From an uncultured Verrucomicrobiae bacterium (GTDB lineage Bacteria > Verrucomicrobiota > Verrucomicrobiia > Chthoniobacterales > Chthoniobacteraceae): a DNA stretch of 64,000 nucleotides. Positions within the stretch are counted from its first letter, which is position 1; every line of letters starts with the position of its first letter. Of the stretch, positions 59,569-64,000 are shown one piece after another. A program made the translations under genes and the position numbers. A model generated the notes under the pieces. The model made no database searches. It had not been told where the DNA came from and was given only the letters and a program-made list of their open reading frames with translations. The stretch lies in the NCBI GenBank assembly GCA_963828525.1, contig CAWHEP010000014.1, positions 288,001-352,000 of the forward strand. Direction: 5' to 3'.

Positions 59569-61365
59569 ATGCTAAGAACGCGGATTCTCCTCGGATTGGC
59601 TCCGCTGCTGATCCTGCTGCTTGCCACAGGCGGGTATGCGGTCGCGCTGTTTTCCAAACTCGGTGGCGCGATCGACGTCATCTTGCGCGAGAACTACCGG
59701 AGTGTCGTGGCGGCGCAATTCATGAAGGAGTCGGCCCAGCGCATGGATGAGGGCCTTGTGTTCACCCTCGCGGGAGAAGAGCAGCGTGGCGAGGCAACCT
59801 TCAATGAATATCTCCCGATATTCGCCGCCAACCTGGCGGCCGAGGAAAAGAATATAACGATTCCCGGCGAAGGCGATCTGGCGGACAAGGTTAAAAAGCT
59901 CCACGAACAATATGTCCGGCGCGCCAAAGACTTTTTCGCGCTGAAAGACGCCGCGGCTCGGCGCTCGATGTACGCGGACGAAATGGCGCCCGCTTTCAAT
60001 CAAGTGACGGCGACTGCTGGCAGCATTCTGCGCCTGAATCAGGATAACATGGTGGAAGCCAACCGAAAGGCGCGTGAACTAAGCTCGAACTCCACCAAGT
60101 ACATGCTTGCGGCGATGGCGGTCGGGCTGGCGGTAGCGCTTTACCTGGCGTTCCAGTTGCAGCGTTCGATTCTCACTCCGATCAAGAACCTGACCGCTTC
60201 CTCGAGAGAGTTGGGAGACGGCAAACTGGATCAGGTCGTTCCAGTTGTCGCCAGGGATGAGCTGGGCCAGCTCGCCGAATCCTTCAACAAAATGGCGTCC
60301 AAGCTCCGCGCCTACCGGCAGGTAACCACGGACGAGATCATGAAAGCCCGGCAAATGACGGAGGTGACCTTCTCCGCGCTGCCCGACGCTATTGTCGCCT
60401 TGTCCCCCGATGGCACCGCCGACTTCCAGAATCCCGCAGCGGAGACCCTGTTCAAAAAGGTCAGCCTGAAGGAGCAGTTGCCCATCCAGATTCGGAAACA
60501 AGCGGATGATGTATTGAAAGGCGGCGCGGATTTTCTTCCCACCAGCTTCCAGAATGCCTTCTGCTTGCGTGTTGATGATAAGGAGGCTTTTCTGCTGCCG
60601 CGCATCATCGGCATGCGCGGAGACGCCGGCGAGATACTGGGCGCGGTGGTCATCCTCCAGGATGTAACCCGGTTCCGATTGCTCGATGAGGTTAAAACAA
60701 ATCTCGTTTCAACAGTCAGTCATGAACTGAAGACGCCGCTTACCAGTGTTCGGATGGGCCTCCATCTCCTCCTGGAGGAGCAGATCGGGGCGCTCAACGC
60801 AAAACAGACAGAGCTGGTGCTGGCTGCCCGGGATGATTCCGAACGCCTGCTGCGCATGATCAATGACCTGCTGGATCTCGCCTGCCTGGAATCCGGCGGC
60901 GCGCCAATCGCGCGGACGCCGGAATCCCCGGCCAGGCTTGTTTCGCAATCCATCTCAGCCATGCAGGACGCGTTGGAACCCTTCCGGGTCCGGCTGGTCG
61001 CGGACGCGAGTCCGGATCTGCCCGATGTCGCCGTGGAAGGCTGGCGAATGTCACATGTCTTTTCCAACCTCATCTCAAACGCCGCAAAGCATTCTCCGCC
61101 TGGCGAGGAGATTACAATCCGCGCCGCCCGGGAGAATGGCTCGGGCGTTCGTTTCTCCGTGATCGATAAAGGGCGCGGCATCCCGGAGCAGTATCAAGCG
61201 AGGTTGTTTGAGAAATTCTTCAGGGTGCCCGGCGCTGAGAAGGGGGGCGCCGGCCTCGGCCTCGCCATTGCGCGTGAAATCGTGATCGCGCATGGCGGGA
61301 ACATAGGGGTGAAAAGCCAGCCGGGGAAAGGCACGGAGTTCTACTTCGTTCTTCCCGCTTCCTGA
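59569..61365 (+). CDS. HAMP-PAS sensor histidine kinase (KinB-like)
   Basis: ILRENYRSV, DELGQLAESFN, SHELKTPL, NLISNA, GAGLGL. Confidence 0.94.
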   Translation: MLRTRILLGLAPLLILLLATGGYAVALFSKLGGAIDVILRENYRSVVAAQFMKESAQRMDEGLVFTLAGEEQRGEATFNEYLPIFAANLAAEEKNITIPGEGDLADKVKKLHEQYVRRAKDFFALKDAAARRSMYADEMAPAFNQVTATAGSILRLNQDNMVEANRKARELSSNSTKYMLAAMAVGLAVALYLAFQLQRSILTPIKNLTASSRELGDGKLDQVVPVVARDELGQLAESFNKMASKLRAYRQVTTDEIMKARQMTEVTFSALPDAIVALSPDGTADFQNPAAETLFKKVSLKEQLPIQIRKQADDVLKGGADFLPTSFQNAFCLRVDDKEAFLLPRIIGMRGDAGEILGAVVILQDVTRFRLLDEVKTNLVSTVSHELKTPLTSVRMGLHLLLEEQIGALNAKQTELVLAARDDSERLLRMINDLLDLACLESGGAPIARTPESPARLVSQSISAMQDALEPFRVRLVADASPDLPDVAVEGWRMSHVFSNLISNAAKHSPPGEEITIRAARENGSGVRFSVIDKGRGIPEQYQARLFEKFFRVPGAEKGGAGLGLAIAREIVIAHGGNIGVKSQPGKGTEFYFVLPAS

Positions 61366-61375
61366 TAGGAGACCA

Positions 61376-62089
61376 ATGACCAAGCATATTCTTATTGTGG
61401 ATGACGAACCAAACGTTCGAATGACCTACCGTGTCGCCCTGGAGACCGAGGGGTTTATAACGCATGAGGCCGATTCAGGAATCCGCGCTCTCGAAATAGG
61501 TTTGTCGCGGCACCTTGACGTGGCAATTCTCGATATGAGGATGCCTGAGATGGACGGGCTTCAGCTTCTGGAAGCGATGCGGGATCGTGACGTCAGGACT
61601 CCCGTCATCATCATCACCGCCTACGCGGACGTGCCTAACGCGGTCAAAGCGATGAAGCTCGGGGCGATTGACTTCCTTCAGAAGCCGCTGACGCCCGGGC
61701 AGTTGCGGGCTATCGTTCACGACGTGCTTGAGCGGCACGAGATAGGCGGCGAACGGATCGTCAAAAAGGACTTCGATTACTTCATACGCGCCGTGAAAAG
61801 AGCGATCAATCTTCGCGACTTCGCGATGGCGAAAAAGAATATCATCCGCGCGCTGGAGATCGACGAGAAGTCGCCTGAAGCATTGAACCTCGCGGGAGTG
61901 ATGATCGAGATGCGGGACGATTACGATCGCGCGAAGAAATACTATGGGGCCGCCATCAAACAGGACAGCAACTACGCTCCCGCGCAGCAGAACATGCGAC
62001 GCATTTACGAGCTGTTCCATTTTGGCTCCAGCAAGGAGCCATATAATCTAGGGAAGGCGGACGAAGCTGAACGCGGAGAATCTGTTTAA
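61376..62089 (+). CDS. Response regulator with C-terminal TPR region
   Basis: ILIVDDE, LDMRMP, DFLQKP, then PEALNLAGV...AKKYY. Confidence 0.9.
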   Translation: MTKHILIVDDEPNVRMTYRVALETEGFITHEADSGIRALEIGLSRHLDVAILDMRMPEMDGLQLLEAMRDRDVRTPVIIITAYADVPNAVKAMKLGAIDFLQKPLTPGQLRAIVHDVLERHEIGGERIVKKDFDYFIRAVKRAINLRDFAMAKKNIIRALEIDEKSPEALNLAGVMIEMRDDYDRAKKYYGAAIKQDSNYAPAQQNMRRIYELFHFGSSKEPYNLGKADEAERGESV

Positions 62090-62104
62090 GCTGCGAGAGG
62101 GGAA

Positions 62105-62325
62105 TTTTAACGTAGAGACGCTGAGGCGCGGAGTAGGGAGGTTTTTTTGCACCACGGATTTCGCGGATTTTTTGGATGGGGACGATGCGCAATTTCGGAG
62201 GCAGTTGCGTGCCCAAGCGCAGCTTGGGAACGAGGCCGCAGAGGGGAGACGTCTCGCGCAAGGGCGCGGAGGACGCAAAGGAAGAGAAGAGGTTTTAACT
62301 CGGATGGCGCGGAGTTTCACGGATG
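62105..62325 (+). repeat. Cluster of REP-like purine-rich short repeats
   Basis: GAGACGCTGAGGCGCGGAG; CACGGATTTCGCGGATTTTTTGGAT; hairpin CCCAAGC-GCA-GCTTGGG; CGCAAGGGCGCGGAGGACGCAAAG; CGGATGGCGCGGAGTTTCACGGAT. Confidence 0.6.
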
Positions 62326-62379
62326 CTGGAGGTATTTCATCTGTGCTGGAACGATGCTGTCTGTCAAGAAATGCAGGCT

Positions 62380-63123
62380 GACCCCCAAACGCGAGGGGGG
62401 CAGGCGATCCCCCGCCAACTGGCGCTTCGCTATCAGTTGATGGTTCTCTACTCCGACCATTGTGCGCAGCGACTTTAAAGCGCTCAAGAAATTCATCGGC
62501 GTCCCTCTCAGCGACAGCGAACAACACATTGCCAGAAAAAGACCGCCTCATCGCGCGTTCGCAATCCATTGCGTTGGCGACCTTAGGCTTGTGTGGATAG
62601 TCCTCAAAGCATACCAGTGCGTCCGAGAGACGATATATAACCGCAAAATGGAAACGCCAGCGTGGAAGGCCAGTTGCACTATAGCGGGTGAAGCGGCGGT
62701 AGCAAGGTTTAGTACATCACCTAATTCAGCGTTTTTTACGCAGAACGATCGAACGCCGCACGTTTTCAATGTTCTCCGAATATCGGAGAAGGACATTTCG
62801 CCCGACATGTCATCTCCGCATCCCATTATCGGGAGAATCTCATTCAGGTTTACCGTCTTATGTAGATCGTGCATCACCTGAACGACCGAGTTTACGCCGC
62901 AGTTCGAAACATACGTAAGCGGGGAGGAACCGACTGGTGTTTCACTGCGCACGGATGTCCATGCACATACTAAGAAGCATAAAAGTGGGCCGCATGTTCT
63001 GTAAGCCGCTGAACGCTGGCGGAGCCGTGACGTGTGCCGTCGCCTTTCCACTTGCAGTAATGGTGGAAGCCTACCACTCAGAAGAATCGCTTCCGGATGA
63101 CGCTCACAAGGGATAGCCATCAT
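62380..63123 (-). CDS. Peptidase C39-like cysteine protease; frameshift about 62655, 3' end uncertain
   Basis: SNCGVNS (Cys), MSFSDI; the shifted frame gives HFAVIY (His) and EDYP (Asp). Confidence 0.65.
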
Positions 63124-64000
63124 TTTCCAGAGTTGATATCCTTTAGAACATCGCCAGGCGACCTTCCAATAATTAAGGAAGTTCCGAACCGTTTATCTTC
63201 CACATGACAGCCGACCTTCAAAGGTAGGGCGAAAGCATCGTCGCCGAGAGGAAGATTGGCCTTAAAATTGCTTCCTGCAAAAGCAATCCGCGCACGGGGG
63301 ATTTGTGCCGAATATTTCGTCACGGTAGCAGAGATTGGCATCCAAATGCGGGGAGCAATCTCCCGAATCTGGTCTATTTCATACGACAGCTTTCGCGAGC
63401 CCACAATGGACTCTCGCTTTACTAGGCTAAAGTCACGCGTTGGGTCCAACCAGAGGGTATCGGTTTCACCATCCACCCCCTTCGGCGAGGTCTTGACTAC
63501 GATGTCCGGACTTCCCTTCGTAGGATCTTTCCAAATACTTATATCGAATCCCTTCAATCCGGCCCGGCGAGAGCATTTGAAGGAGAGTCACAGACCCAGA
63601 CCCAGCAAGGCGCGCATAGCCGATGGCAAACTCCTCGCCGGTTATGGACCGCGGACCAATGTGCTTTTCCGCAAGTCCGTCATAAATGGTGGCGCTCAAG
63701 TAGGGAATCGCATGGTCCTTGGGTCCTTGCTTCTCGATGGCTTCGACGCTGTAACTCCCGTTGTATACGAAGGTCTTGTATATTTCGTAAAATGGGGAGG
63801 CTCCATGATCCCACTTCATGACCTGGGGCTGGTACTGAATCTTGATTTTCGATCCAGCCAAGCCGTCGAGTAGCACATGAAGCGAGTCCTCACCGTCCGG
63901 GCTCCATGTGCTCGTTGGAACGTCCCATCTCTCGCTTTTCACCGATACATCATAGCTGAGCGAGTGGCGCTGGTCGTCCACCGCCCCCAAGGCCCGGCGA
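63120..64000 (-). CDS. Partial hypothetical beta-rich protein (LolA-like), frameshift about 63560; 5' end outside the window
   Basis: ORFs 63466..63990 and 63120..63557 join; TLWLDPTRDF..VKRE, IWMPISA, AFALPLKVGCHVED. Confidence 0.55.

Overview
This is a GC-rich bacterial chromosome segment, probably Verrucomicrobiota (Chthoniobacterales-like); that assignment is inferred from gene content and the C-terminally extended L34. Most of it is housekeeping and envelope genes: tRNA-Ser(TGA), kup, ispH, oppA, larB, a sulfite/nitrite reductase, rpmH-rnpA-yidD-yidC-jag, rpoZ-smpB, apaG, pepF, ku, a heptose operon (hddA-hddC-gmhA), a CgeB/GT4 glycosylation cluster, transporters and a sigma-54 two-component system. 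Many genes, including conserved ones such as smpB, carry single-base frameshifts that look like long-read consensus errors, so pseudogene calls are unsafe. Best leads: (1) a compact J-domain/coiled-coil + HIRAN + macrodomain operon next to a truncated class IIC group II intron and an AT-rich ORF; (2) a secreted, almost uncharged Gly/Thr-rich protein between a GT9-like glycosyltransferase and an SdpAB-like HTTM protein; (3) a winged-helix regulator with two matching palindromic operators linking a membrane protein, IspH and a B12-radical SAM enzyme; (4) a RES toxin with an unusually long Xre/MbcA-type antitoxin; (5) a C39-like peptidase plus a LolA-like gene at the right edge, beside a cluster of REP-like repeats. 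No CRISPR array, rRNA or prophage was seen.
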